This document shows, piece after piece, positions 1 to 7,943 of a stretch of 64,000 nucleotides of DNA. The DNA is from an uncultured Collinsella sp. (GTDB lineage Bacteria; Actinomycetota; Coriobacteriia; Coriobacteriales; Coriobacteriaceae). The notes below the pieces were generated by a model. The model was not told the DNA's origin. It ran no database searches and was given only the letters and a program-made list of their open reading frames with translations. Both the position numbers and the translations under genes were made by a program. The stretch's first letter is position 1. Each line of letters begins with the position of its first letter. The stretch lies in NCBI GenBank assembly GCA_902469185.1, contig CABRBD010000028.1, forward strand, positions 27,644 through 91,643, written 5' to 3'.

Positions 1-131
1 ACTCTCACCGCGTCACCAACCGTAAGTTCCGCCCCAACATCCAGCGCGTCTACGTCGTCGTCGATGGTCACCGTCGCAAGATGAACGTTTGCTCCACCTG
101 CCTCAAGTCCGGCAAGGTTGCGCGCTCCTAA
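1..131 (+). CDS. rpmB: 50S ribosomal protein L28, 3' part (truncated by window edge)
   Basis: Frame from nt 3 reads SHRVTNRKFRPNIQRVYVVVDGHRRKMNVCSTCLKSGKVARS*, the typical L28 C-terminal half with CxxC; TAA at 129-131. Confidence 0.95.
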   Translation, partial: SHRVTNRKFRPNIQRVYVVVDGHRRKMNVCSTCLKSGKVARS

Positions 132-199
132 ATAAGGTCTTACCAACAAGTACCTCGGACTCTCCGGGTCAAAGACCTCGCGTTCACATAGAACTTACC

Positions 200-233
200 A
201 AAGGCGTCCTCCCCTACGGAGGGCGCCTTTTTT
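200..233 (+). terminator. Intrinsic terminator after rpmB
   Basis: aaaggcgtcctcc-ccta-cggagggcgccttt followed by a T run. Confidence 0.85.
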
Positions 234-234
234 G

Positions 235-300
235 CACTCATTGGGGACAGACTTACATGAGTGTTTTCACGCATTGGGGACAGACTTAGATGAATGCTTT
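235..300 (+). repeat. Two tandem 33-bp REP-like units, left flank of RAYT-1
   Basis: cactcat-TGGGGACAGACTTAC-atgagtg (235-263) and cacgcat-TGGGGACAGACTTAG-atgaatg (268-296). Confidence 0.9.
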
Positions 301-339
301 CCTAAGCTCACAGTGCATCGATCGGCCCCAATCCATACC

Positions 340-1116
340 TCAGGCCGCCTCGTTCCAGCCTGTGGTGGCCTTGGTTACGCTTGTAGCGCCGATACCGGTG
401 ATACGGGCAATTTGCTTGACCGTAAGATGGGCCCGCCTGAGCCTTAGCAGACAGGCATCGCGTTCGGGGCGTGGCAGGGCCTTGAGCAGCGCAGGATCAA
501 TGCTCGGCAGGGCCTCGTGTGCGACGGTAAGGGCATCCTCGTCGGGAATCCGTCGACGCGGAAGAATCTCAACTGACCAGATCCGCTCGGCAACTTCCTT
601 AAGATGCTCGCAATAGCGACGGGAACCCCCGACAATATCGAGCATGGGGGCCGCATCGCAGATATCAAAGGGATCGTATCCCAGCTGGTATGCCTTGTAG
701 CTTGACCAGCGGTAGGCATCAAGCGAGTCGAGCGCACCTTTCACGGGATTGAGATGGATATAATCGAGCAACTGCACCGCCTGCGTGTCCGACTCGACCG
801 CGACCCGCGAATAGCGATTATCAAACAGGTGGCCCGTTCTTCCGGTTTTCCCATTGAAATACTTGGCATAGGCCGTCAGCGCGCACTGCATTGCCTTTGA
901 AAGGTTGTCAAATGGGTCATCAACCATCAAATGGAAGTGGTTGTCCATAAGGCACCAGGCCAACACCGCCACGTCATGGCAAGCAAACCTGTCCGAGATG
1001 TCCGATAAGAAACGATAGCGGTCGGAGTCATCTTCAAAAATAATCTGTTTGGAATTGCCGCGGTCATAGACGTGGTAATAGCCGGTGAGCGAAACGGCGC
1101 GGGCGCATCGGGGCAT
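340..1116 (-). CDS. REP-associated tyrosine transposase (RAYT/TnpA-REP, Y1 HUH family) with C-terminal HTH (RAYT-1)
   Basis: Motifs YYHVYDRGN..IFEDD, WCLMDNHFH (HUH), GHLFDNRY, YIHLNP (catalytic Tyr), YRWSSY; C-terminal LTVKQIARITGIG HTH; ATG at 1116 preceded by SD AAAGGAGA. Confidence 0.92.
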   Translation of the reverse strand: MPRCARAVSLTGYYHVYDRGNSKQIIFEDDSDRYRFLSDISDRFACHDVAVLAWCLMDNHFHLMVDDPFDNLSKAMQCALTAYAKYFNGKTGRTGHLFDNRYSRVAVESDTQAVQLLDYIHLNPVKGALDSLDAYRWSSYKAYQLGYDPFDICDAAPMLDIVGGSRRYCEHLKEVAERIWSVEILPRRRIPDEDALTVAHEALPSIDPALLKALPRPERDACLLRLRRAHLTVKQIARITGIGATSVTKATTGWNEAA

Positions 1117-1246
1117 AATCTCTCCTTTCAAAACTGTACAGGCAACACCTAAAAGGAGAGAAGCAACGCGAAATGCTGAGCCTGTGACCTATTTATATAC
1201 AATGAACGACAAAAACATGCCCAAAACGACAAAATGACAAATCGAT

Positions 1247-1297
1247 GTCTGTCCCAAATGAGTGAAAGCACCCATGTAAGCCTGTCCCCAATGAGCG
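1247..1297 (-). repeat. Inverted copy of the REP-like doublet, right flank of RAYT-1
   Basis: Reverse complement of 1247-1297 matches 235-285 at 45/51 positions (manual alignment). Confidence 0.9.
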
Positions 1298-1324
1298 GGG
1301 CGATGCAGCAGGCAGATAATTAGT

Positions 1325-1406
1325 TAAAACGCTTCAGTTTGTTGAAGCGTTTTAGTGTGCCTTTTACAGGAATCTTACCGTTCGCCGAATAATTTCTTGC
1401 TATCAT
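1325..1406 (+). promoter_or_regulatory. adhE promoter region with 12-bp inverted repeat (operator-like) and extended -10
   Basis: TAAAACGCTTCA-gtttgt-TGAAGCGTTTTA (1325-1354); TGcTATCAT at 1398-1406. Confidence 0.55.
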
Positions 1407-1446
1407 GCAAGGCGTAGGGTAAATCTCCGATCGCAAGGAGACACAA

Positions 1447-4095
1447 ATGGTGAAAAAGTCACCGGAAAACACTACTCCCGCAATTGTGGACAACGTAGAG
1501 GCGCTTGAGGCTAAGCTCGCTCAGATGCGAGAGGCCCAGGCGCTTTTTGCTACGTACACGCAGGAGCAGGTCGACAAGATCTTCTATGAGGCCGCCATGG
1601 CCGCCAACAAGGCACGTATCCCGTTGGCGAAGATGGCCATCGAGGAGACCGGCCGCGGCGTTCTTGAGGACAAGGTTATCAAGAACCACTACGCCGCAGA
1701 GTACATCTACAACGCTTACAAGAACACCAAGACCTGTGGTGTCCTGGAGCGCGACGAGGCTTACGGCATCACCAAGATCGCCGAGCCCATCGGCATCGTG
1801 GGCGCCGTCATCCCGACGACCAACCCCACCTCCACCGCGATCTTCAAGACGCTGATCAGCCTGAAGACCCGCAACGCCATCATCATCTCCCCGCACCCGG
1901 CAGCCGCCAAGTGCACCATCGCCGCCGCCAAGCTCGTGCTTGACGCCGCCGTCAAGGCCGGCGCCCCCGAGGGCATCATCGGCTGGGTCGATGTCCCCTC
2001 CATCGAGCTGACCAACATGGTCATGCGCGACGTCGACATCATCCTCGCCACCGGTGGCCCGGGCATGGTCAAGGCCGCTTACTCCTCGGGCAAGCCCGCC
2101 CTGGGCGTTGGCGCCGGTAACACCCCGGTCGTCATCGACGACACCGCCGACGTGCTGCTCGCCGTCAACTCCATCATCCACTCCAAGACCTTCGACAACG
2201 GCATGATCTGCGCTTCCGAGCAGTCCGTGACCGTCATCGACACCATCTATGACCAGGTCAAGGCCGAGTTCCAGAAGCGCGGCTGCTACTTCGTCAAGCA
2301 GGGTGCCGAGATGGAGGCCCTGCGTGCCGCTATGTTCAAGAACGGCGCTCTCGATCACCGCATCCCCGGCATGGCTGCCGCCAAGATCGCCGAGCTCGCC
2401 GGCATCGAGGTTCCCGCCAAGACCAAGATCCTGATCGCCGAGGTCACCTCCACCGACCCCGCCAAGGAGGAGTTCTCCCACGAGAAGCTCTCCCCGGTCC
2501 TGGCCATGTACCACGCCAAGGACTTCCAGGAGGCCGTCGACAAGGCCGAGCACCTGGTGCTCGCCGGTGGCCCGGGCCACACCGCCTCTCTGTACGTGCA
2601 CCCCGCCCAGGCCGAGAAGATCAGCCTGTTCGAGCACGTCATGAAGGCCTGCCGTATCGTCATCAACACCCCGTCCTCGCACGGCGGCATCGGTGACCTG
2701 TACAACTTTGGCATGAAGCCGTCTCTGACCCTGGGCTGCGGCTCCTGGGGCGGCAACTCCGTCTCCGAGAACGTTGGGGTGAAGCACTTGATCAACGTTA
2801 AGACTGTGGCCGAGCGCCGTGAGAACATGCTGTGGTTCCGCGCTCCCGAGAAGGTCTACTTCAAGAAGGGTTCCACGCCCGTCGCCCTCGACGAGCTGGG
2901 CAACGTCATGGGCAAGAAGCGTGCCTTCATCGTCACCGACCAGTTCCTCTTCAAGAACGGCAACACCCGCGCCATCGAGGCCAAGCTCGACGAGATGGGC
3001 ATCGCCCACGACTGCTTCTACGACGTCGAGCCCGATCCGTCGCTGCAGTGCGCACGTCGCGGCGCCAAGCAGATGGCTCTCTTTGAGCCGGACCTCATCA
3101 TCGCCGTCGGCGGTGGCTCCGCTATGGACGCCGGCAAGATCATGTGGATGATGTACGAGCACCCCGAGTGCAAGTTTGAGGACATGGCCATGGACTTCAT
3201 GGACATCCGCAAGCGTATCTTCACCTTCCCCGAGATGGGCAAGAAGGCCTACTTCGTCGCCGTCCCGACCTCTTCGGGCACCGGTTCCGAGTGCACGCCG
3301 TTCGCCATCATCACCGACAAGGAGACCGGCATCAAGTGGCCGCTCGCCGACTACGCGCTGCTCCCCAACATGGCTATCGTCGACGCCGACAACTGCATGA
3401 CCGCCCCGCGCGGCCTGACCGCTGCCTCCGGCATCGACGTCATGACCCACGCCATCGAGTCCTACGTCTCCATCATGGCTTCCGACTACACCAAGGGCCT
3501 CTCCGAGCGCGCTGCTAAGCTCGTCTTCGAGAACCTGCCCTCCAGCTTCACGAACGGCGCCAAGGACCCGCACGCCCGCGAGGAGATGCACAACGCCTCC
3601 TGCATGGCCGGTATGGCCTTCGCCAACGCCTTCCTGGGCCTCAACCACTCCATGGCCCACAAGCTCGGCGCCTTCCATCACCTGCCCCACGGCATCGCCA
3701 ACGCCGTCATCCTGACGCGCGTCATGCGCTACAACGCCGCCGAGGCTCCCGTCAAGATGGGCACGTTCTCCCAGTATCCTTACCCCAACGCGCTGCACAA
3801 CTACGCCGAGATGGCCAAGTACTGCGGCATCGAGGGCAAGGACGACAAGGAGGTCTTCGAGAACTTCATCACGAAGCTCGAGGAGCTCAAGGACTTCATC
3901 GGCGTCAAGAAGACCATCGCCGACTACGGTGTTGACGAGCAGTACTTCCTCGACACCCTCGACGAGATGACCGAGCAGGCATTCAACGACCAGTGCACCG
4001 GCGCTAACCCGCGCTACCCGCTCATGAGCGAGATCAAGGAGCTCTACCTGGACGCCTACTACGGCCGCGAGCCCCAGGACTACGCCGTCTGCTAG
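1447..4095 (+). CDS. adhE: Bifunctional acetaldehyde-CoA/alcohol dehydrogenase
   Basis: 882 aa; ALDH part (ATGGPGMV, FDNGMICASEQ, EKLSP), linker LGCGSWGGNS, Fe-ADH part (GGGSAMD, HSMAHKLG, HGIAN). Confidence 0.97.
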   Translation: MVKKSPENTTPAIVDNVEALEAKLAQMREAQALFATYTQEQVDKIFYEAAMAANKARIPLAKMAIEETGRGVLEDKVIKNHYAAEYIYNAYKNTKTCGVLERDEAYGITKIAEPIGIVGAVIPTTNPTSTAIFKTLISLKTRNAIIISPHPAAAKCTIAAAKLVLDAAVKAGAPEGIIGWVDVPSIELTNMVMRDVDIILATGGPGMVKAAYSSGKPALGVGAGNTPVVIDDTADVLLAVNSIIHSKTFDNGMICASEQSVTVIDTIYDQVKAEFQKRGCYFVKQGAEMEALRAAMFKNGALDHRIPGMAAAKIAELAGIEVPAKTKILIAEVTSTDPAKEEFSHEKLSPVLAMYHAKDFQEAVDKAEHLVLAGGPGHTASLYVHPAQAEKISLFEHVMKACRIVINTPSSHGGIGDLYNFGMKPSLTLGCGSWGGNSVSENVGVKHLINVKTVAERRENMLWFRAPEKVYFKKGSTPVALDELGNVMGKKRAFIVTDQFLFKNGNTRAIEAKLDEMGIAHDCFYDVEPDPSLQCARRGAKQMALFEPDLIIAVGGGSAMDAGKIMWMMYEHPECKFEDMAMDFMDIRKRIFTFPEMGKKAYFVAVPTSSGTGSECTPFAIITDKETGIKWPLADYALLPNMAIVDADNCMTAPRGLTAASGIDVMTHAIESYVSIMASDYTKGLSERAAKLVFENLPSSFTNGAKDPHAREEMHNASCMAGMAFANAFLGLNHSMAHKLGAFHHLPHGIANAVILTRVMRYNAAEAPVKMGTFSQYPYPNALHNYAEMAKYCGIEGKDDKEVFENFITKLEELKDFIGVKKTIADYGVDEQYFLDTLDEMTEQAFNDQCTGANPRYPLMSEIKELYLDAYYGREPQDYAVC

Positions 4096-4183
4096 TTTTA
4101 GCACGGTTTTTAACGGCGGGGGTGCACGGGTGTTTCACACACCCCCGCCGTCGCTTCTATCGCATCGTTGAAAGGATGCAACC

Positions 4184-4948
4184 ATGCTGCTACCCGATTC
4201 CAAGACCGAGCTCGTCCGCCGTGGCAACAAGGTCGTTTACGACCTGGGCGACAAGATCGTCAAGGTCTTTAACGAGACCAAGCCTGTCTCCGACGTGTTC
4301 AACGAGGCTTTGAATCTTGCCCGCATCAATGAGTGCGGCATCCGCAGCCCCAAGGCTCTCGAGGTTTCTCAGCTCGAGAATGCCAACGGCTGGGCGCTCG
4401 TGACCGAGAAGGTTCCGGGCACCACCCTTGCCGAGAAGATGACTGCCGAGCCCCAGCGCTTTGGTGAGTACCTCGAGATGTTCGTCGACCTCCAGATCGA
4501 GATCCACGGCTACACCTCCCCGCTGCTCAACCGTCAGCGCGACAAGTTCGCCCGCATGATCGACAGCCTCGATCAGCTCAATGCCACCACGCGCTACAAC
4601 CTTCAGGAGCGTCTGGACGGCATGACCAAGGAGTTCAAGGTCTGCCACGGCGACTTCAACCCCTCCAACGTCATCGTCGGAGACGACGGCCAGCTTTACG
4701 TCTGCGACTGGGCACATGCCACCCAGGGCTCCCCTGCTGCCGACGTTGCCACCACCTACCTGCTCTTTGCCCTCAACAGCAAGGACCAGGCCGAGGCCTA
4801 CCTGGAGCTCTACTGCGACCGCGCCGACATGCCCATGCAGGTCGTGCGTCAGTGGACGAGCATCGTCGCCGCTTCCGAGCTCGCTCGTAAGCGCAACGTG
4901 AACGATGAGTTCCTTAAGAACTGGATCGACGTCGTCGATTATCAGTAA
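4184..4948 (+). CDS. Aminoglycoside-phosphotransferase/choline-kinase fold kinase, substrate unknown
   Basis: VKVF lysine, Brenner motif CHGDFNPSNV, YVCDW; SD GAAAGGA. Confidence 0.85.
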   Translation: MLLPDSKTELVRRGNKVVYDLGDKIVKVFNETKPVSDVFNEALNLARINECGIRSPKALEVSQLENANGWALVTEKVPGTTLAEKMTAEPQRFGEYLEMFVDLQIEIHGYTSPLLNRQRDKFARMIDSLDQLNATTRYNLQERLDGMTKEFKVCHGDFNPSNVIVGDDGQLYVCDWAHATQGSPAADVATTYLLFALNSKDQAEAYLELYCDRADMPMQVVRQWTSIVAASELARKRNVNDEFLKNWIDVVDYQ

Positions 4949-4983
4949 TATCTGAGCGAGTTATTTCGCATCGGAGGCACAAG

Positions 4984-5022
4984 AAACCCCACAGCTCATA
5001 TGGGCTGTGGGGTTTTCCTTTT
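4984..5022 (+). terminator. Terminator after adhE-kinase
   Basis: aaaccccacagctcatatgggctgtggggttt + T-rich tail. Confidence 0.8.
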
Positions 5023-5046
5023 AGCGATTGAACACGCAGGCAAGAT

Positions 5047-5095
5047 AAAAGGACGGCCCCGCATCTCCCCTATCTGGAGAAATGCGGGGCCGTCC
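5047..5095 (-). terminator. Terminator after proS
   Basis: ggacggccccgcatctcc...ggagaaatgcggggccgtcc hairpin preceded by an A run on the + strand. Confidence 0.75.
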
Positions 5096-5125
5096 CGTAT
5101 ATCGAACTACAAGCGAAATCGTAGA

Positions 5126-6847
5126 TTAACGACGGGCAGCCTTCACCAGCTCGGCAACCTTGGCGATGACCTCGTCGATCGCCACGTCCTCACGCTCGCC
5201 GGTAGCACGATCCTTGAGCTCCACCGTGCCATTCTTGAGGCCACGCTTGCCGAGCACCACCTGATACGGGAAGCCCATAAGGTCGTTGTCGGCAAACTTA
5301 AAGCCGGGACGCTCATCGCGATCGTCGACGACGACCTCGATACCCTCGGCGCATAGACCGTCGACGATCTGTTCACAGACGGTAGCGCACTCCTCCTTCT
5401 TGGGGTCGAGCGGAATCACCGCAACCTCGTACGGGGCAACGGAAACCGGCCAGACGATGCCGTGCTCGTCGTTATGCTGCTCCACGACGGCAGCAAGCGA
5501 GCGGGACACGCCAACGCCGTAGCAACCCATGATAAGCGGCTTCTCCTTGCCGTCCTCGTCCATAAAGGTGGCACCCATGGCCTCGGAGTACTTAGTACCC
5601 AGCTGGAAGACCTGGGAGACCTCGATGCCACGAGCAGCAGAGAGCGGCTTGCCGCAGTGCGGGCAAGGATCGCCAGCAACGACGGTGACCAGGTCGGCCC
5701 ACTCGTCGACGGTAAAGTCGCGCTCAGGGCAGGCACCGGTAAAGTGATAGTCGACCTCGTTGGCACCGCAGGCCCACTGCTTGGACTCGCGCAGGCTCTC
5801 GTCGCACACCAGACGGATGCCCTCGGGCAAGTTAACCGGTCCGATAAAGCCCTTGTGCAGACCGTAGGTCTGAAGCTCCTCGTCCGTCATCATGCGATAA
5901 CCCTTGCCAAAGACATGCTCGGCCTTGCAGTCGTTGAGCTCATGATCGCCCGGGACGATGGCCACGACGGGCTTGCCCTCGGCATCGATGAGCGCCAGGG
6001 ACTTGCGCGTGCCGTTCTCGGGGAACCCAAAGAACTTAGCGACGGCCTCAATGGTGCCCATACCCGGGGTCTCGACCTTGGTGAGCTTACCATCGCCGGG
6101 GCCCTCGGCCACGACCACCTTAGTGCTCGCGGCCTCGTCATCGGCGGCAAAGCCGCAATCGTCGCAGTAGACCAGTGAAGCCTCACCAGCGTCAGCAAGA
6201 GCCATGTACTCGACGGAGGTGTCGCCGCCGATCTCGCCGGAGTCGGCGACAACGGGCAGAGCCTTGATGTAGCAGCGCTCGCAAATGTTAGCGTAGGCCT
6301 GCTTCATCTTGTCATACTCCTCCTGCAAGCTCTCCTGCGTGGCGGAGAAGCTGTAGGCATCCTTCATGATGAACTCGCGACCGCGCATCAGGCCAAAACG
6401 GGGACGGAACTCGTCGCGGAACTTATCCTGGATGTGATAGAGGTTCACTGGCAGCTGCTTATAGGAGCGCAGCTCGTTGCGCACCAGGGCCGTGACGGTC
6501 TCCTCGTGCGTGGGGCCCAGCACGAACTCGCGACCATGACGGTCGTCAAAGCGCACAAGCTCCTTGCCATAGGCATCGATACGGCCGGACTCACGCCACA
6601 ACTCGGCGTCGACCATAATGGGCATCATAAGCTCCTGGGCGCCGGCGGCGTCCATCTCGTCGCGCACGATGTTCTCAATCTTGCGAATCGAGCGCCATGC
6701 GAGCGGCAGGTAGGAGTAGAGACCTGCGGCCTCCTTGCGGATCATGCCGGCACGGAGCAGCAGGCGGTGGCTGGCGAGCTCAGCGTCCGCCGGATCCTCT
6801 TTAAGCGTCGGCGCATAGAGCTTAGACATATACATTGCTCGGGTCAT
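5126..6847 (-). CDS. proS: Prolyl-tRNA synthetase (bacterial type with editing domain)
   Basis: LGPTHEE, FRDEFRPRFGLMRGREF, MGCYGVGVSR, DDRDERPG motifs. Confidence 0.97.
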   Translation of the reverse strand: MTRAMYMSKLYAPTLKEDPADAELASHRLLLRAGMIRKEAAGLYSYLPLAWRSIRKIENIVRDEMDAAGAQELMMPIMVDAELWRESGRIDAYGKELVRFDDRHGREFVLGPTHEETVTALVRNELRSYKQLPVNLYHIQDKFRDEFRPRFGLMRGREFIMKDAYSFSATQESLQEEYDKMKQAYANICERCYIKALPVVADSGEIGGDTSVEYMALADAGEASLVYCDDCGFAADDEAASTKVVVAEGPGDGKLTKVETPGMGTIEAVAKFFGFPENGTRKSLALIDAEGKPVVAIVPGDHELNDCKAEHVFGKGYRMMTDEELQTYGLHKGFIGPVNLPEGIRLVCDESLRESKQWACGANEVDYHFTGACPERDFTVDEWADLVTVVAGDPCPHCGKPLSAARGIEVSQVFQLGTKYSEAMGATFMDEDGKEKPLIMGCYGVGVSRSLAAVVEQHNDEHGIVWPVSVAPYEVAVIPLDPKKEECATVCEQIVDGLCAEGIEVVVDDRDERPGFKFADNDLMGFPYQVVLGKRGLKNGTVELKDRATGEREDVAIDEVIAKVAELVKAARR

Positions 6848-7930
6848 TTATTTCTCCTCAATAAGCTTGTCGACCTCTGCCATAAGCGCGTCGACAATTT
6901 GGTCCTCAGCTACTTTACCAATGATCTGGCCATGCGAAAAGAGCAAGGCCTGACCACGTCCGCAAGCAACGCCCAGGTCGGCATCAGAAGCCTCGCCGGG
7001 GCCATTAACGGCACATCCCATGACGGCAATCGAAAGCGGCGCGGAATAGTTCTTAAGCCGCTCGGTGACCTCCTCGGCGATGGGAATGAGGTTAACCTGG
7101 CAGCGGGCGCACGTGGGGCACGAGACAATCTCGGGACCACGGCGACGCAGGCCCAGCGACTGTAGAATTCCCCAGGCGACCGGCGGCTCCTCAACCGGAT
7201 CGGCCGTGAGCGACACACGCATGGTGTCGCCGATGCCTTCGGAAAGCAAGATACCCAAGCCTACAGAGCTCTTGATGGTGCCCTGAAGCTTGGTCCCCGC
7301 CTCCGTCACGCCCAGGTGAAGCGGAACGTGGGGAATCTCACGTGACAGGGCTCGATAGGTATCGAGCGTCGTTTGCACGCTATGGGCCTTGGCCGAAAGC
7401 ACAATGTTCGTAAAGCCGCGATCCTCAAAGTGCTTGACGAAGCGCTCGCTCGACATCACGAGCTTTTCGGGCTGCGTGAGGTCGTCGCGCTCGGCAATAT
7501 CTTGCTCAAGCGAGCCCGCGTTCACGCCAATGCGAATCGCACAGCCCGCGGCACCCGCAGCATCGATCACCGCGTCAACCTTAGCCCAATCGCCGATATT
7601 GCCGGGATTGATGCGCAGCTTGGCGGCACCGGCCTCAACGGCACCAATGGCGAGCTTATGGTTAAAGTGGATATCGGCGACAATGGGCACCGGAGACTCG
7701 GCACAGATGGTGCGGAAGCCCTCAAGCGCGGCCTCGGAGGGAACGCTCACGCGCACGATATCGCAGCCAGCCTGCGCCAACGCGCACACTTGCGCAAGCG
7801 TTGCCTGGGCATCAGCGGTATCGGTGCAGGTCATAGATTGGACCACCACCGGCGCGCCGCCACCGATCTGCACGCCGCCCACATGCACGGGGCGCGTCAG
7901 CTCGCGAGGCAAAGGATGGGATAAAGACAA
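6848..7930 (-). CDS. ispG: HMBPP synthase (GcpE)
   Basis: VVQSMT, ADIHF, RINPGNIG, HLGVTEAG, SCPTCAR, MGCAVNGPGE; TTG start at 7930 after SD GGGGAG. Confidence 0.95.
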   Translation of the reverse strand: MSLSHPLPRELTRPVHVGGVQIGGGAPVVVQSMTCTDTADAQATLAQVCALAQAGCDIVRVSVPSEAALEGFRTICAESPVPIVADIHFNHKLAIGAVEAGAAKLRINPGNIGDWAKVDAVIDAAGAAGCAIRIGVNAGSLEQDIAERDDLTQPEKLVMSSERFVKHFEDRGFTNIVLSAKAHSVQTTLDTYRALSREIPHVPLHLGVTEAGTKLQGTIKSSVGLGILLSEGIGDTMRVSLTADPVEEPPVAWGILQSLGLRRRGPEIVSCPTCARCQVNLIPIAEEVTERLKNYSAPLSIAVMGCAVNGPGEASDADLGVACGRGQALLFSHGQIIGKVAEDQIVDALMAEVDKLIEEK

Positions 7931-7943
7931 TCCAAACACTCCC

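Noticed and set aside
235..300. Tandem repeats as a mini CRISPR array
   Set aside because: Only two abutting 33-bp units with no unique spacers and no cas genes; better explained as RAYT-flanking REP-like units.
89..447. Short ORFs with repeated HWGQT / LGTDL peptides
   Set aside because: Translations of the DNA repeat and terminator; no RBS or coding signal.
1459..4104. 881-aa antisense ORF over adhE, and similar long antisense ORFs over ppdK, glyS, obg, aroF-tyrA etc.
   Set aside because: Shadow ORFs expected from strong GC3 codon bias on the real strand; no recognisable motifs.
4184..4948. APH-fold gene as an antibiotic-resistance determinant
   Set aside because: Only the generic kinase fold motifs are present; host-like codon usage and no mobile context.
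5051..5096. GGGACGG within the hairpin downstream of proS as another REP copy
   Set aside because: The motif lies at the stem base rather than the loop, and the structure is an ordinary intrinsic terminator.
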